From: Candidatus Multivoradales bacterium
GTDB lineage: Bacteria > Acidobacteriota > Thermoanaerobaculia > Multivoradales > JAHEKO01
Assembly: GCA_965223155.1 (NCBI GenBank)
Contig: CBDCVR010000013.1
Coordinates: 1,088,001 to 1,152,000 of the forward strand
DNA: 64,000 nt
Direction: 5' to 3'
Made by a program: the position numbers and the translations under genes. Below, in pieces: positions 1 to 17,100 of this stretch. Each line of letters starts with the position of its first letter. Position 1 is the first letter of the stretch. The notes beneath the pieces are model-generated. The model was not told where the DNA came from. It saw only the letters and a list, made by a program, of their open reading frames with translations, and did no database searches.

Positions 1-328
1 GCTTCTCGCGCAACTCGCGCGCCACCGGGCCGAAGACACGGGTCCCGATCGGCTCCCCGGCCTCGTTGACCAGGACCGCCGAGTTGCTGTCGAAACGGAT
101 ATAGCTGCCGTCGCGCCGGCGCTGGCTGCGCCGGGTCCGAACGATCACCGCGCGCACGACCTGTCCCTTCTTGACCGTGCCGTCCGGCGTCGCCTCCTTG
201 ACCGAAGCGGTGATGACGTCGCCGATGCCGCCGGTCTTGCCCGCCGAACCGCCGCGCAGACGGATGCACGCAATCTTGCGGGCACCCGAATTGTCAGCAA
301 CCTCGAGAACCGATCCCATCTGAATCAT
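1..328 (-). CDS. rplN: 50S ribosomal protein L14 (3' end runs off the window)
   Basis: Manual translation from ATG at 328: [22 protein letters not shown]...[15 protein letters not shown]; follows rpsQ. Confidence 0.97.
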   Translation of the reverse strand, partial: MIQMGSVLEVADNSGARKIACIRLRGGSAGKTGGIGDVITASVKEATPDGTVKKGQVVRAVIVRTRRSQRRRDGSYIRFDSNSAVLVNEAGEPIGTRVFGPVARELREK

Positions 329-332
329 CGCC

Positions 333-608
333 CTAGCCCTCCGCCTTCTCGACCACCCGGCGAACGCGCCAGCGCTTGAGCTTGGACAGGGGCCGGCTAG
401 TCACGATCTCGACGCGATCGCCGATCCCGCACTGGTTGCCTTCGTCATGGGCGTAGTACCTGTTCGACCGTTTCAAGTAGCGACGGTAAAGCCTGTGCAT
501 GACGGTCTTCTCCACCGACACCACCACGGTCTTGTCCATCTTGTTGCTGACCACGGTCCCGACCATGACCTGCCGGCGCCCGCGGCCGCTTTCGACTTGC
601 TCGCTCAT
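333..608 (-). CDS. rpsQ: 30S ribosomal protein S17
   Basis: [14 protein letters not shown]...RPLSKLKRW; S10 operon order. Confidence 0.97.
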   Translation of the reverse strand: MSEQVESGRGRRQVMVGTVVSNKMDKTVVVSVEKTVMHRLYRRYLKRSNRYYAHDEGNQCGIGDRVEIVTSRPLSKLKRWRVRRVVEKAEG

Positions 609-625
609 CGTTCGACTCCCGGCGC

Positions 626-823
626 CTAGGCGCTCGCTTGCTCTTTCTCTTGCAACACGGTCAGCACCCGAGCCAGATCGCGCTTGACGTTCTTGATCTT
701 GGTCGGATTCTCGAGCTGGCCGGTGACCTTCTGCAACCGGAGCGCGAAGAGCTGCTCGGCCAGCTCGGTTTCCCGTTCGCGCAGCTCCTCCGCGGTCTGT
801 TCCCTTAGTTCGCTTGCCTTCAT
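626..823 (-). CDS. rpmC: 50S ribosomal protein L29
   Basis: MKASELRE...GQLENPTKIKNVKRDLARVLTV; start trimmed to ATG at 823. Confidence 0.95.
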   Translation of the reverse strand: MKASELREQTAEELRERETELAEQLFALRLQKVTGQLENPTKIKNVKRDLARVLTVLQEKEQASA

Positions 824-849
824 GAGTGATTCCTTCTGCGCCGCTCCGG

Positions 850-1272
850 TTAGCCGATCATCTGGGTGTCCCGCGACAGGTAGCGGGTCTTGATGCCGAA
901 CTTGTAGGAAGCCTTGTTCATGGCGTGACGCGCCACCTCTTCGGAGACGCCTTCCAGCTCGAACAGAATCCGTCCCGGCTTGACCACGGCGACCCATTCC
1001 TCCGGATTGCCCTTACCCTTACCCATCCGGGTCTCGAGCGGCTTCTTGGTGATCGGCTTGTCCGGGAAGACCCGAATCCAGATCTTGCCACCACGCTTGA
1101 CGCCACGCGCGATGGCAATACGGGCGGCCTCGATCTGCCGCGCCGTGATCCAGCCGGCCTCGAGGGCTTGCAGCGCGTAGTCGCCAAAGGCGATGTAGTC
1201 GCCGCCCTTGGCGCGACCCGCGCGCCGCCCGCGCTGCTGCTTGCGGTACTTGACCTTTTTCGGCATCAACAT
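850..1272 (-). CDS. rplP: 50S ribosomal protein L16
   Basis: [16 protein letters not shown]...RMGKGKG. Confidence 0.98.
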   Translation of the reverse strand: MLMPKKVKYRKQQRGRRAGRAKGGDYIAFGDYALQALEAGWITARQIEAARIAIARGVKRGGKIWIRVFPDKPITKKPLETRMGKGKGNPEEWVAVVKPGRILFELEGVSEEVARHAMNKASYKFGIKTRYLSRDTQMIG

Positions 1273-1302
1273 GATGTGTGTTCCTCCAGCCTCGATCCCG
1301 CT

Positions 1303-1953
1303 CTAGACGGCGACCCGACGCACCTTCTCGCGCAAGAGGTCGCCCTTGTAGATCCAGACCTTGCAGCCGATGACCCCGTAGGTGGTGCGGGCCTCGGCAA
1401 AGCCGTAGTCGATGTCAGCCTTGAGTGTGTGCAGCGGCAGCCGTCCGTCCTGGTACCACTCGGTGCGGGCGATCTCATTGCCGCCGAGACGGCCGGAGAC
1501 CATGACCTTGAAGCCCTTGGCGCCGAACCGGAAGGCCGCCTCCATGGACTTCTTCATGGCCCGCCGGAACGCGATCCGCCGGAGCAGCTGATGGGCCAGG
1601 TTCTCGGCTACCAGCTGGGCCTCCAGCTCGGGCCGGGTGATCTCCTGGATGTTGATGTGGACGGGCCGTCCCATCTGCTTCATCAAGTCGTCGCGCAGCT
1701 TGTCCACCTCGGCTCCCTTGCGGCCGATGATGATGCCCGGACGCGACGTGTAGATGGTGACGCGGAGCTTGTCGGCGGCGCGCTCGATGTCGATCTCGCT
1801 CACGCCGGCATGCCCCAGCCGCTTCTTGAGCTGGCTGCGCAGCTCGAGATCGTCGTGCAGCAAGTCCGCGTAGTCGTGCTCGGCGAACCAGCGCGAGTGC
1901 CACGGCTTGTTGTAGACCAGCCGGAAACCGTAGGGATGTGTCTTTTGACCCAC
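1303..1953 (-). CDS. rpsC: 30S ribosomal protein S3
   Basis: [12 protein letters not shown]...[10 protein letters not shown]...[14 protein letters not shown]. Confidence 0.98.
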   Translation of the reverse strand: MGQKTHPYGFRLVYNKPWHSRWFAEHDYADLLHDDLELRSQLKKRLGHAGVSEIDIERAADKLRVTIYTSRPGIIIGRKGAEVDKLRDDLMKQMGRPVHINIQEITRPELEAQLVAENLAHQLLRRIAFRRAMKKSMEAAFRFGAKGFKVMVSGRLGGNEIARTEWYQDGRLPLHTLKADIDYGFAEARTTYGVIGCKVWIYKGDLLREKVRRVAV

Positions 1954-1962
1954 TAGAAACTC

Positions 1963-2313
1963 CTAGTCCTGAGCGCCCTTGCGCGTATCGAGCTTGATGG
2001 TGACGTGGCTCTGCCGCTTCAAGATGCGAAACGCCCGGCCCATCGGCTGCGGCCGCAGCCGCTTTAAGACCGGCCCGGGATCGACGTAGATTTCCTTGAC
2101 ATACAGCCGGTCCACGTCCACGCCTTCGTCGCGGTTCTCGGCGTTGGCGACCGCCGACTTCAACAGCTTCTCGACCGCTCTGGCCGCGGACTTCTTGCTC
2201 AGAGCCAGCAGGTTGGCGGCTTCCTGGGCGTCTTTGCCCCGGATCTGGTCGGCGACCAAGCGCACCTTCTGCGGTGACGCCTGCAGATACCGAAGTCGAG
2301 CTGATACTTCCAT
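1963..2313 (-). CDS. rplV: 50S ribosomal protein L22
   Basis: SPQKVRLVADQIRG...LLKSAVANAE; start trimmed to ATG at 2313. Confidence 0.96.
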   Translation of the reverse strand: MEVSARLRYLQASPQKVRLVADQIRGKDAQEAANLLALSKKSAARAVEKLLKSAVANAENRDEGVDVDRLYVKEIYVDPGPVLKRLRPQPMGRAFRILKRQSHVTIKLDTRKGAQD

Positions 2314-2350
2314 GATCTCTTGTCCTAACCTTCCGATCCCAATTCGTTGC

Positions 2351-2638
2351 CTAGCGGGGCCGCCCGGCCTTCTCGGCCCTGCCGCTGGTGTGCCCGCGAT
2401 AGGTGCGCGTCGCCGCGAACTCGCCCAGCTTGTGGCCAACCATGTTCTCGGTGACGTAGACGGGAATGAACTTCATGCCGTTGTGGACGGCGATCGTCAG
2501 GCCCACCATGTCCGGGATGATGGTCGAACGCCGCGACCAGGTCTTGATCACCCTACGGTCGCCGGCGGAGACCGCCTTGTCGACCTTGCCTCGCAGGTGG
2601 TCGTCGATGAAGAAACCCTTCTTGAGAGAACGCGTCAT
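2351..2638 (-). CDS. rpsS: 30S ribosomal protein S19
   Basis: MTRSLKKG...KTWSRRS...GHKLGEFA. Confidence 0.98.
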   Translation of the reverse strand: MTRSLKKGFFIDDHLRGKVDKAVSAGDRRVIKTWSRRSTIIPDMVGLTIAVHNGMKFIPVYVTENMVGHKLGEFAATRTYRGHTSGRAEKAGRPR

Positions 2639-2653
2639 CAGCCTACCTCGTTC

Positions 2654-3481
2654 CTACTTGCGGTTCCGCCGCCGCACGATCATGGAGTCCGTCCGCTTGT
2701 TCTTGCGGGTCCTGTAGCCCTTGGTGGGAACGCCCCACGGCGTGCAGGGGTGTCGCCCGCCCGAGCTGCGGCCCTCGCCGCCACCCATCGGATGGTCCAC
2801 CGGATTCATCACCACGCCGCGGTTGTGGGGCCTGCGGCCCAGCCAGCGGCGCCGCCCGGCCTTGCCGAAGGACCGGTTCTCGTGGCTGCTGTTGCCGACC
2901 TGCCCGATCGTGGCCATGCAGTTAACGTGCACGCGACGAGTCTCGCCGGACGGCAAGCGCACCTGCGCGTAGCTGCCTTCTTTGGCCATGAGCTGCGCGC
3001 CGCCACCGGCGGTACGCACCATCTGGCCGCCCTTGCCGATCTTGAGCTCGATGTTGTGAACGATCGTACCGACCGGAATGCTCCGCAGCGGCAGGGCGTT
3101 GCCGACGTCGATCGGAGCGTCCGGCCCCGAAACCACCTGGGCGCCCACGGCCAGCCCACTCGGCCACAGGATGTAGCGCTTCTCGCCGTCGGCGTAGCTA
3201 AGCAGGGCGATACGGGCCGAGCGGTTGGGATCGTACTCGACCGAAACCACCTTGGCCGGCACCCCAAACTTCTCGCGGCGAAAATCCACGATTCGGTAGC
3301 GCCGCTTGTGGCCGCCTCCCCGGAAGCGAATCGAGATCCGCCCCTTGTTGTTCCGGCCACCCGAGCCACCCTTGCCCTTGGTGAGCTTCTTGTGCGGCTT
3401 CTTCTCGGTGATCTCGTCAAACGTCGAGACCGATGCGAAGCGGCTTGCCGGATTCGTCGGCTTGTACTTTCTCGTAGCCAT
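2654..3481 (-). CDS. rplB: 50S ribosomal protein L2
   Basis: [25 protein letters not shown]; start trimmed to ATG at 3481. Confidence 0.98.
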   Translation of the reverse strand: MATRKYKPTNPASRFASVSTFDEITEKKPHKKLTKGKGGSGGRNNKGRISIRFRGGGHKRRYRIVDFRREKFGVPAKVVSVEYDPNRSARIALLSYADGEKRYILWPSGLAVGAQVVSGPDAPIDVGNALPLRSIPVGTIVHNIELKIGKGGQMVRTAGGGAQLMAKEGSYAQVRLPSGETRRVHVNCMATIGQVGNSSHENRSFGKAGRRRWLGRRPHNRGVVMNPVDHPMGGGEGRSSGGRHPCTPWGVPTKGYRTRKNKRTDSMIVRRRNRK

Positions 3482-3482
3482 C

Positions 3483-3773
3483 CTAGACACCCTCGAAGAA
3501 CTCGATCGGCTTCTCGCCCTCGGCCAGGCGAACGTAAGCCTTTTTCCAATCCCGCCGCCGGCCGACAAACCGGCCTTGGCGGCGCACCTTGCCGTGCATG
3601 CGAAGCACCCGTACCTCGGCGACCTTGACCTTGAACTGCGCCTCGACGGCGCGCTTGATCTCGACCTTGTTGGCGCGAGGATCGACCTCGAACGCCACGA
3701 TCCCCTTGGAGTCCTTGAGATTCGTGGACTTCTCGGTGATCAGCGGCCGGCGAATCACTTCCTGAATCCTCAT
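3483..3773 (-). CDS. rplW: 50S ribosomal protein L23
   Basis: PLITEKS...[11 protein letters not shown]...WKKAYV. Confidence 0.97.
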   Translation of the reverse strand: MRIQEVIRRPLITEKSTNLKDSKGIVAFEVDPRANKVEIKRAVEAQFKVKVAEVRVLRMHGKVRRQGRFVGRRRDWKKAYVRLAEGEKPIEFFEGV

Positions 3774-4393
3774 CCTGCAAGCACCCCCACCAAGCGATCC
3801 AGAGCCTTCTGGCTGAAGACCACCATTGGCCGGTCGACGACGTCGTACACGGTCACGTGCATGGCATCGACGGCTTTGACGCTCGGGTTGTTGCGCGCCG
3901 CCAGCCCGAGGTTCGTGTTGTGGTAATCGTCCACCAGCAGCGTCTTGCCCGAAACTCCAATCGCATCGAGCTGCCTGGCCAGGGCCGCCGTCTTGTGCGT
4001 ATCCAGATCCAGCGAGTCGATGACCACCAGCTCGTTGCCGCGCAGCTTCTGAGACAACGCCGACTTGAGGGCGTTGCGCTTTTCCTGCGCCGACAGCCTC
4101 ATCGAGTGATCTCGAACGCGCGGGCCGTGCACGGTGCCGCCACCCCGCCAGAGCGGCGACGAGGCACGCCCGGCGCGCGCCCGGCCGGTGCCCTTCTGGC
4201 GCCAGGGCTTGCGGTTTGAAGCCCGGACTTCGCCGCGCTCCTTGACCTTGTGGGCACCCGATCGGTCGGCGTTCCGATTGGCCCGAACCGCGGTGTGAAT
4301 CAGGTGCTCCTTGTAGGGATAGTCCAGCACGCCGTCGGGAATCTCGACCTCGCGCGCGGCGCCCCCTGAGAAGCTTCGTACTTCGATCTTCAT
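3770..4393 (-). CDS. rplD: 50S ribosomal protein L4
   Basis: [14 protein letters not shown]...GGGTVHGP; start trimmed to ATG at 4393. Confidence 0.97.
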   Translation of the reverse strand: MKIEVRSFSGGAAREVEIPDGVLDYPYKEHLIHTAVRANRNADRSGAHKVKERGEVRASNRKPWRQKGTGRARAGRASSPLWRGGGTVHGPRVRDHSMRLSAQEKRNALKSALSQKLRGNELVVIDSLDLDTHKTAALARQLDAIGVSGKTLLVDDYHNTNLGLAARNNPSVKAVDAMHVTVYDVVDRPMVVFSQKALDRLVGVLAG

Positions 4394-4404
4394 CTTCGCC
4401 TCCG

Positions 4405-5040
4405 CTAACCCTTCTTGGCGCGACGGATCGCGAGATAGCCGTTGCGGGGCCCGGGGACCGAACCGCGCAGGTAGATGAGATTCTTTTCCTCGTCGACCTT
4501 CTCGACGCGGAGGTTCTTGACGGTGACCGGCTTGCCGCCCATGCGGCCGGGGAGCTTCACTCCCGGAAAAACACGCGACGGATCCGATGCCTGACCGATC
4601 GACCCCGGCGCGCGATGAAACATCGAACCGTGAGTCGCCCGGCCGCCGCCGAAGCCGTGCCGCTTCATGACGCCCTGGAAGCCCTTGCCCTTGGAGGTTC
4701 CGATGACGTCGACGTAATCCTCTTCCGCGAAGATCGACGCCTTCACCTGGTCGCCGGCCTTCCACTCGGAGTCGGCCTCGACCCCAAACTCCTCGAGCCG
4801 GCGCATCGCGGCGACTCCGGCCTTGGCGAAGTGTCCCTGCATCGGCTTCGGAACCTGGCGCGGCGGGCGCTCGTCAACCAGGCCGAGCTGGACGGCTTCG
4901 TAGCCGTCGCGCTCGGAGGTCCGGCGCTGCACGACGAGACAGGGACCCGCCTGGACCACCGTGACCGGCACCACGTGGCCGTCCTCACGGTAGATCTGGG
5001 TCATGCCGAGCTTCTTGCCCAGTAAGCCTTCCATCGTCAT
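4405..5040 (-). CDS. rplC: 50S ribosomal protein L3
   Basis: [11 protein letters not shown]...[15 protein letters not shown]. Confidence 0.98.
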   Translation of the reverse strand: MTMEGLLGKKLGMTQIYREDGHVVPVTVVQAGPCLVVQRRTSERDGYEAVQLGLVDERPPRQVPKPMQGHFAKAGVAAMRRLEEFGVEADSEWKAGDQVKASIFAEEDYVDVIGTSKGKGFQGVMKRHGFGGGRATHGSMFHRAPGSIGQASDPSRVFPGVKLPGRMGGKPVTVKNLRVEKVDEEKNLIYLRGSVPGPRNGYLAIRRAKKG

Positions 5041-5049
5041 ACTCCTAGA

Positions 5050-5367
5050 TCACTTTCCAAACGCCTTGATCTCGACGTCGACGCCGGCCGGAAGCTCTAG
5101 CTTCATCAGAGCGTCGACCGTCTGGCTCGTCGGATCGAAGATGTCCAAGAGGCGCTTGTGGGTGCGTATTTCGAACTGTTCGCGGGACTTCTTGTCAACG
5201 TGGGGCCCCCGGTTGACCGTGTAGCGGTTGATCTTCGTCGGCAGGGGAATCGGCCCCACGCATCGGGCTCCGGTCCGCCTGGCGGTGTCGACGATCTCGG
5301 TCGTCGAGGCGTCCAGGATCCGGTAGTCGAAGGCCTTGAGCCGGATGCGAATCTTGTCGTTTACCAT
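5050..5367 (-). CDS. rpsJ: 30S ribosomal protein S10
   Basis: [10 protein letters not shown]...GPIPLPT...[13 protein letters not shown]. Confidence 0.98.
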   Translation of the reverse strand: MVNDKIRIRLKAFDYRILDASTTEIVDTARRTGARCVGPIPLPTKINRYTVNRGPHVDKKSREQFEIRTHKRLLDIFDPTSQTVDALMKLELPAGVDVEIKAFGK

Positions 5368-5409
5368 TGCAGAAGTCCCTGTAGCTCTGGATTGTCCGTG
5401 GGTCGCGGG

Positions 5410-6603
<1,194 letters not shown>

Positions 6604-6659
6604 GCCAATCTCCTCCGCTTGCGGAAGTCTGTTCGTTCGGTAGCGCCCCAGGGCCGGTC

Positions 6660-8729
6660 CTAGCCGGCGGCCTTGGCGACGACCTCCTCGCTAACCGTTT
6701 TGGGTGCCTGCTCGTAGCTGGCGAATTGCATGGTGTAGGTGGCCCGGCCCTGGGTCCGCGAGCGCAAATCCGTGGCGTAGCCGAACATCTCGGACAGCGG
6801 CACCATGCAGTTGATGACCTGGGCGTTGCCGCGGGCCTCCATGCTCTGCACTCGTCCGCGCCGCGACGTAATGTCGCCGATGACGTCGCCCATGTACTCC
6901 TCGGGCGTGACCACCTCGACCGCCATCACCGGTTCCAGCAGCACCGGACCGGCCTTCTTGGAGGCGTCCTGAAACGCCATCGAACCGGCGATCTTGAAGG
7001 CCACCTCGGACGAATCGACGTCGTGGTGCGAACCGTCGTAGAGATCCACCTCGATCTCCGAGATCGGATAACCGGCCAGCGGACCGGTCTCCATGGATTC
7101 GCGGATCCCCTGCTCGACGGGCCTGATGAACTCGCGCGGGATGGCGCCGCCGACGATCTTGTTATTGAAGCGAAAATCCACCTCCGCGGGCCGCACCCGA
7201 ATCTTGCAATGACCGAACTGGCCACGGCCTCCGGACTGGCGCACGAAGCGGCCTTCGCCCTCGGCCTCGCGCGTCAGGCTCTCCTTGTAGGCCACCTGCG
7301 GTCGGCCGACGTTGGCGCCGACCTTGAACTCTCGCAGCAGCCGGTCGGTCAGGATCTCGAGGTGGAGCTCACCCATGCCGGAGATCAGGGTCTGGCCCGT
7401 GTCCGGATCGGTGTGGACATGGAAGGTCGGATCTTCCTGCTGCAGCTTTTCGAGCGAGAAGCCCAGCTTCTCCTGATCGGCCTTGGTCTTGGGCTCGATC
7501 GAGACCGCGATCACCGGCTCGGGGAAGGTCATCGCCTCGAGCAGCACCGGGTGTTTGGGATCGCAGATCGTGTCGCCAGTCTTGACGCCCTTGAGCCCCA
7601 CCGCCGCGGCGATGTCGCCGGCCCACAGCTCGGAGACCTCTTCACGCTTGTTGGCGTGCATCTTGAGAATGCGCCCGACGCGCTCGCTCCGGCCGGTGGT
7701 CACGTTGAGCACCGAGTTCCCGGTCTCCATGTGCCCGGAATAGACGCGTATGTAGGCGAGTTGACCGACGAAGGGGTCGGTCATGATCTTGAAGACCAGC
7801 GCCGAGAAAGGCGCATCATCAGAGGCGGGACGCTCTAGGGTCGCACCCTCCGAGTCGGTCCCCTCCACCGGCGGCACGTCCAGCGGCGAGGGCAGGAAGT
7901 CGATGACCGCGTCCAGCAGCGGCTGAACGCCCTTGTTCTTGAAGGCCGAGCCGCACAGAACCGGCTGCAGGCTGCCGGCGATGGTCGCCGCGCGCAGAGC
8001 CGTCTTTAGGTCCTCGCTCGTAACCTCCTCGCCCGACAGGTACTTCTCGAGCAGCGCGTCATCGGTCTCGGCGATGGCCTCGACCATTTTCTCGCGCAGC
8101 TCGAGCGCCCGGTCCTGCAGCTCCTCGGGAACATCGACGTCTTCGAAGCTGGCGCCCAAGGCGTCTTCGCTGTAGAGGACGCCGCGCATGGCGATGAGGT
8201 CGATGACGCCCTTGAGCTGATCCTCGCTGCCCCAGGGAATCTGGATCGGCACCGGCGCCGCGCCCAGGCGCGACACCATCATCTCGACACAGCGGTCGAA
8301 ATCGGCGCCCACGCGGTCCATCTTGTTGACGAAGGCGATGCGCGGCACCCGGTAGCGGTCGGCCTGGCGCCAAACCGTCTCCGACTGCGGCTCGACGCCG
8401 GCCACGGCGTCGAAGACGGCGACCGCGCCGTCGAGAACGCGCAACGAGCGCTCGACTTCGGCGGTGAAGTCGACGTGCCCGGGGGTATCGATGATGTTGA
8501 TGCGGAACCCGTTCCAGGAACAGGTGGTCGCGGCCGCGGTGATAGTGATGCCCCGCTCTTGCTCCTGGACCATCCAGTCCATGGTCGCGGTGCCCTCGTG
8601 GACCTCGCCGATCTTGTAGTTAACGCCGGTGTAGTAGAGGATGCGCTCGGTCGTCGTGGTCTTGCCGGCATCGATATGCGCCATGATGCCGATGTTGCGG
8701 TTCTTCTCGAGTGCTACTTGCCTGGACAT
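6660..8729 (-). CDS. fusA: Elongation factor G
   Basis: [28 protein letters not shown]. Confidence 0.99.
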   Translation of the reverse strand: MSRQVALEKNRNIGIMAHIDAGKTTTTERILYYTGVNYKIGEVHEGTATMDWMVQEQERGITITAAATTCSWNGFRINIIDTPGHVDFTAEVERSLRVLDGAVAVFDAVAGVEPQSETVWRQADRYRVPRIAFVNKMDRVGADFDRCVEMMVSRLGAAPVPIQIPWGSEDQLKGVIDLIAMRGVLYSEDALGASFEDVDVPEELQDRALELREKMVEAIAETDDALLEKYLSGEEVTSEDLKTALRAATIAGSLQPVLCGSAFKNKGVQPLLDAVIDFLPSPLDVPPVEGTDSEGATLERPASDDAPFSALVFKIMTDPFVGQLAYIRVYSGHMETGNSVLNVTTGRSERVGRILKMHANKREEVSELWAGDIAAAVGLKGVKTGDTICDPKHPVLLEAMTFPEPVIAVSIEPKTKADQEKLGFSLEKLQQEDPTFHVHTDPDTGQTLISGMGELHLEILTDRLLREFKVGANVGRPQVAYKESLTREAEGEGRFVRQSGGRGQFGHCKIRVRPAEVDFRFNNKIVGGAIPREFIRPVEQGIRESMETGPLAGYPISEIEVDLYDGSHHDVDSSEVAFKIAGSMAFQDASKKAGPVLLEPVMAVEVVTPEEYMGDVIGDITSRRGRVQSMEARGNAQVINCMVPLSEMFGYATDLRSRTQGRATYTMQFASYEQAPKTVSEEVVAKAAG

Positions 8730-8763
8730 GACTTCTGGTTCCGTGAGAGCTCCGGAGGCAACA

Positions 8764-8790
8764 CAGCGACAGTGGCGGCCACTGTCGCTG
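8764..8790. other. Perfect 12-bp hairpin between rpsG and fusA
   Basis: CAGCGACAGTGG-CGG-CCACTGTCGCTG. Confidence 0.75.
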
Positions 8791-8825
8791 CCTCTCGCCC
8801 ACCTGGGGCGCCCTCGTGACTCGGC

Positions 8826-9296
8826 TTACCAACGGTAGTGGGCAAACGCCTTGTTGGCGTCGGCCATCCGGTGGGTATCCTCCCGCTTCTTGATTGCGGC
8901 TCCGCGACTCTCCGCGGCGTCCATAAGCTCGCCCGCCAGGCGCATGTCCATCGTTTTCTCGCCCCGATTGCGCGCGCTCTGCAGCAGCCAGCGAAAGGAC
9001 AGGGCCAGCCGCCGGTTGGGACGCACCTCGACCGGCACCTGATAGGTCGAACCGCCGACGCGGCGCGACTTGACCTCGACCGCCGGCTTGACGTTGTCGA
9101 TGGCTTTCTTGAAGACCTTCATCGGATCGTCTTCGGTGCGCTCGGCGATGGTGGTCAAGGCCCGGTACAGCATGCGCTCGGCGGTCGACTTCTTGCCGTC
9201 GCGCATGAGCACGTTGACGAACTTGGTCACGAGCTGCGAGTTATATAGCGGATCCGGCAGGATCTCGCGCTTCGGAATGGCACCGCGTCTCGACAT
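8826..9296 (-). CDS. rpsG: 30S ribosomal protein S7
   Basis: [12 protein letters not shown]...NKAFAHYRW. Confidence 0.98.
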   Translation of the reverse strand: MSRRGAIPKREILPDPLYNSQLVTKFVNVLMRDGKKSTAERMLYRALTTIAERTEDDPMKVFKKAIDNVKPAVEVKSRRVGGSTYQVPVEVRPNRRLALSFRWLLQSARNRGEKTMDMRLAGELMDAAESRGAAIKKREDTHRMADANKAFAHYRW

Positions 9297-9323
9297 CTTG
9301 CTAACTCCCGAACGGAACGGTTC

Positions 9324-9698
9324 CTAGGCCTTGGGCCGCTTGGCGCCGTACTTCGAACGGCTCTGGCGGCGCCCCTCTACGCCGACGGCGTCCAGCGTGC
9401 CACGCACGACGTGGTACCGAACCCCCGGCAGATCCTTGACCCTGCCGCCCCGGATCAGGACGATCGAGTGCTCTTGAAGGTTATGCCCCACCCCGGGGAT
9501 ATAGGTCGTAACCTCGATCCCATTGGTCAGGCGAACGCGGGCCACCTTGCGGAGCGCCGAGTTCGGCTTCTTGGGGGTCTGGGTGTAGACCCGCACGCAG
9601 ACGCCACGCTTCTGCGGCGAACGCTGCAGCGCCGGGCTCTTGGTCTTGGTGATCTGCTTGGCGCGCCCCTTGCGCACAAGCTGGTGAATCGTTGGCAT
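9324..9698 (-). CDS. rpsL: 30S ribosomal protein S12
   Basis: [11 protein letters not shown]...[10 protein letters not shown]...GRVKDLPG; start trimmed to ATG at 9698. Confidence 0.98.
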   Translation of the reverse strand: MPTIHQLVRKGRAKQITKTKSPALQRSPQKRGVCVRVYTQTPKKPNSALRKVARVRLTNGIEVTTYIPGVGHNLQEHSIVLIRGGRVKDLPGVRYHVVRGTLDAVGVEGRRQSRSKYGAKRPKA

Positions 9699-9837
9699 CT
9701 CTCTTAGGCGCTCCTGCGTGTTGCGACGACAAAACCCGCCCTGCACGCGATCCTCTGCGGCAAATTGTCAGGGGTCTAAAAGAGACAGATCCCTGGCGGG
9801 TCCTCTCCAAAGGAAAGGACCACAGGCGGTATTGGGG

Positions 9838-9867
9838 AGGATACCAGCGGCTCTCGACGCCCGTCAA
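9838..9867 (-). promoter_or_regulatory. Putative sigma70 promoter of the rpsL (str) operon
   Basis: TTGACG-N18-TATCCT with TG extension on the minus strand, about 140 nt upstream of rpsL. Confidence 0.6.
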
Positions 9868-9922
9868 GGCCCGGTGAAACCAGCCTCGACCATGCCCGAA
9901 AGGCCGCTGGAACCTTGCCGGA

Positions 9923-14122
<4,200 letters not shown>

Positions 14123-14150
14123 TCTCCTTCTTTCCGTACGGTCCTAAGAC

Positions 14151-17100
14151 CTAGACCTTGACCAGTTCGACGTCCAGACAGAGGCTCTGGAGCTCGCGAA
14201 CGAGAACGTTGAACGATTCGGGCAGACCGGGATCCTCGGGAACGTCGCCCTTGACGATGGACTCGTAGACCTTGCTCCGCCCCTCGACATCGTCGCTCTT
14301 GACGGTGAGCAGCTCCTGAAGCGTGTAGGCGGCGCCGTAGGCCTCGAGCGCCCAGACCTCCATCTCGCCGAAGCGCTGGCCTCCGAACTGGGCCTTACCG
14401 CCTAGGGGCTGCTGCGTAATCAGCGAGTACGGTCCGATCGACCGAGCGTGGATCTTGTCGTCCACGAGGTGCGAGAGCTTGAGCATGTAGATGTACCCGA
14501 CGGTCACCTGCTGCTCGAACTTGTCGCCAGTCATGCCGTCGTAGAGCTCGGTCTTGCCCGAGCTCGGCAAGGCGGCTTCGGCCATGTGGGACTTCAGGTC
14601 CTCCTCGCTGGCGCCGTCGAATACCGGGGTCGCGAACTTGACCCCGAGGACCTGCCCCGCCCAGCCCAAATGAGTCTCCAGGATCTGTCCGACGTTCATC
14701 CGGCTGGGAACGCCCAGTGGGTTGAGAACGATGTCCACCGGAGTTCCGTCCGGCAAGTAGGGCATGTCCTCTACCGGAAGGATCCGCGAGATCACGCCCT
14801 TGTTGCCATGGCGGCCGGCCATCTTGTCGCCGACCTGAAGCTTGCGCTTCATGGCGACGAAGACCTTGACCAGCTTGATCACCCCTGGCGGCAGCTCGTC
14901 GCCCTTCTGGAGATCTTTGACCCGATCCTCGTTGACGCTATAGAGGACGTCCACGAAGGAGTCGGTGCGCTTGTAGATCTCCTTGACCTCGTTCAAGAGC
15001 TTCTTGGCCCTGATTGGCAGCTTCAGGATCTCTTGGCGGGTAAGCGCCTCGAGCACCGGCCGGCCGATGGCCTCGCCGCGCTTGACCAACGTCTCGCCGT
15101 CGCGGCCCTTGACCGCCGCCGTCACCTTCTGGCCCGCCAGGAGATCGGTGATCTTCTTGTTGCGCTCCTCGGTGAGAATGCGGACCTTGTCCCGGGAGTT
15201 CTTCTCCATCCGGGCGACCTCGTCGGCCTCGATTTGCTGCGCACGCTCGTCCTTTTCGACACCCTTGCGCGAGAAGATCTTGACGTCGACAACCGTTCCC
15301 TCGATGCCCGAAGGCACCTTGAGGCTGGCGTCGCGTACGTCACCGGCCTTCTCTCCGAAGATCGCGCGCAGCAGTTTCTCCTCGGGCGTCAGCTGGGTCT
15401 CGCCCTTGGGCGTGACCTTGCCCACCAGGATGTCGCCGGCGGCGACCTTGGCGCCGATCCGGATGATGCCGCTCTCGTCGAGATCCTTGAGGGCGGCCTC
15501 GGACACGTTCGGGATGTCCCGGGTGACCTCTTCGGGACCCAGGCGCGTGTCCCGGGCCTCGATCTCGAACTCCTCGATGTGGATCGAGGTGTAGCTGTCC
15601 TCCTTGACCAGAGTCTCGGAGACCAGAATGGCGTCCTCGAAGTTGTAGCCGCGCCAGGGCATGAAACCCACCAAGACGTTGCGGCCCAGGGCGAGCTCGC
15701 CGGCGTCGGTGCTGGGACCGTCGGCCAGGACGTCTCCCTTGCGCACTCGCTGGCCTTCGCTCACCAGCGGCTTCTGGTTGACGCAGGTGTTCTGGTTGGA
15801 GCGCCGGAACTTGGTGAGCTGGTAGATGTCGGCACCGAAATCCTTGGCCTCGCCGGTCTCGATGTCCTGCCCTTCGACGCGAACGATCACGCGCTCGGAG
15901 TCCACCGAGTCGACGATGCCGCCGCGCTGGCAGAGAACGACCGATCCCGAATCCCGGGCGACGATGCCTTCGAGGCCCGTCCCCACGATTGGCGACTCGG
16001 TGCGGAGCAGCGGCACTGCCTGGCGCTGCATGTTCGAGCCCATGAGCGCCCGGTTGGCGTCGTCGTGCTCGAGAAAGGGAATGAGCGCCGCGGCGACGGA
16101 GACCAGCTGCTTGGGGCTGATGTCCATGTAGTCGACGCGGTCGCGCTCGACGGTGATGAAGTCGCCGCCCGACCGGGCGATGACTCGTTCTTCGACCAGG
16201 CGGCCGCGCTTGTCGATCTTGGCGTTGGCCTGACCGATGATGTAGCGCTCCTCTTCCCAAGCCGTCAGGTACCAGGCGTGGGGCGCAGCCTCGACCTGGG
16301 CCTTCTTGGCCTTGGCCAGAGACTTGTTGGCGGCCTCGAGCTCGTCGCCGGTGATGACCTGGCCCAGCTTGAAGGGGCCGCCACCGACGCGCACGACCCG
16401 GTAGTGATCGATGACCCGGCCCTTCTCGACCCTCTTGTAAGGACTCTCGATGAAGCCGTAGTCATTGATCCTTGCAAACGTCGCGAGCGACGAGATGAGG
16501 CCGATGTTGGGCCCTTCGGGGGTCTCGATCGGACAGATGCGGCCGTAGTGCGACGCGTGGACGTCGCGCACCTCGAAGCCGGCCCGCTCCCGGGAGAGTC
16601 CGCCCGGGCCGAGGGCCGAGAGGCGGCGCTTGTGGGTGACCTCGGACAGCGGATTCGTCTGATCCATGAACTGGGACAGCTGCGAGGAGCCGAAGAACTC
16701 CTTGATCGCGGCGATCACCGGCTTCGAGTTGATGAGGTCGTGCGGCATCGCAGAGTCGATGTCCTGATGGACCGACATCTTTTCCTTGATGGCCCGCTCC
16801 ATCCGGACCAGCCCGACCCGGAACTGGTTCTCCAGGAGCTCGCCCACGGTACGGACGCGGCGGTTGCCCAGGTTGTCGATGTCGTCAACCCGGCCCACGT
16901 CCCGGTGGAGGCGCAGGAGGTACTCCACGACCCCGTAGAAGTCGTCCGCCGACAGGGTCTTCTGATCGACCGAGACGTCGGAATCCAGCTTGATGTTGAA
17001 CTTGAATCGGCCGACGCGAGAGAAATCGTAGCGCTTGGCGTCGAAGAACATGCCGTAGAAGAGCGAGCGCGCACTCTCGATGGTGGGCGGATCGCCGGGG

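Noticed and set aside
16600-16700. Rifampicin-resistance substitutions in RpoB (also streptomycin-resistance substitutions in S12)
   Set aside because: The RRDR ([20 protein letters not shown]) and the S12 KKPNS and RVKDLPG motifs look wild type.
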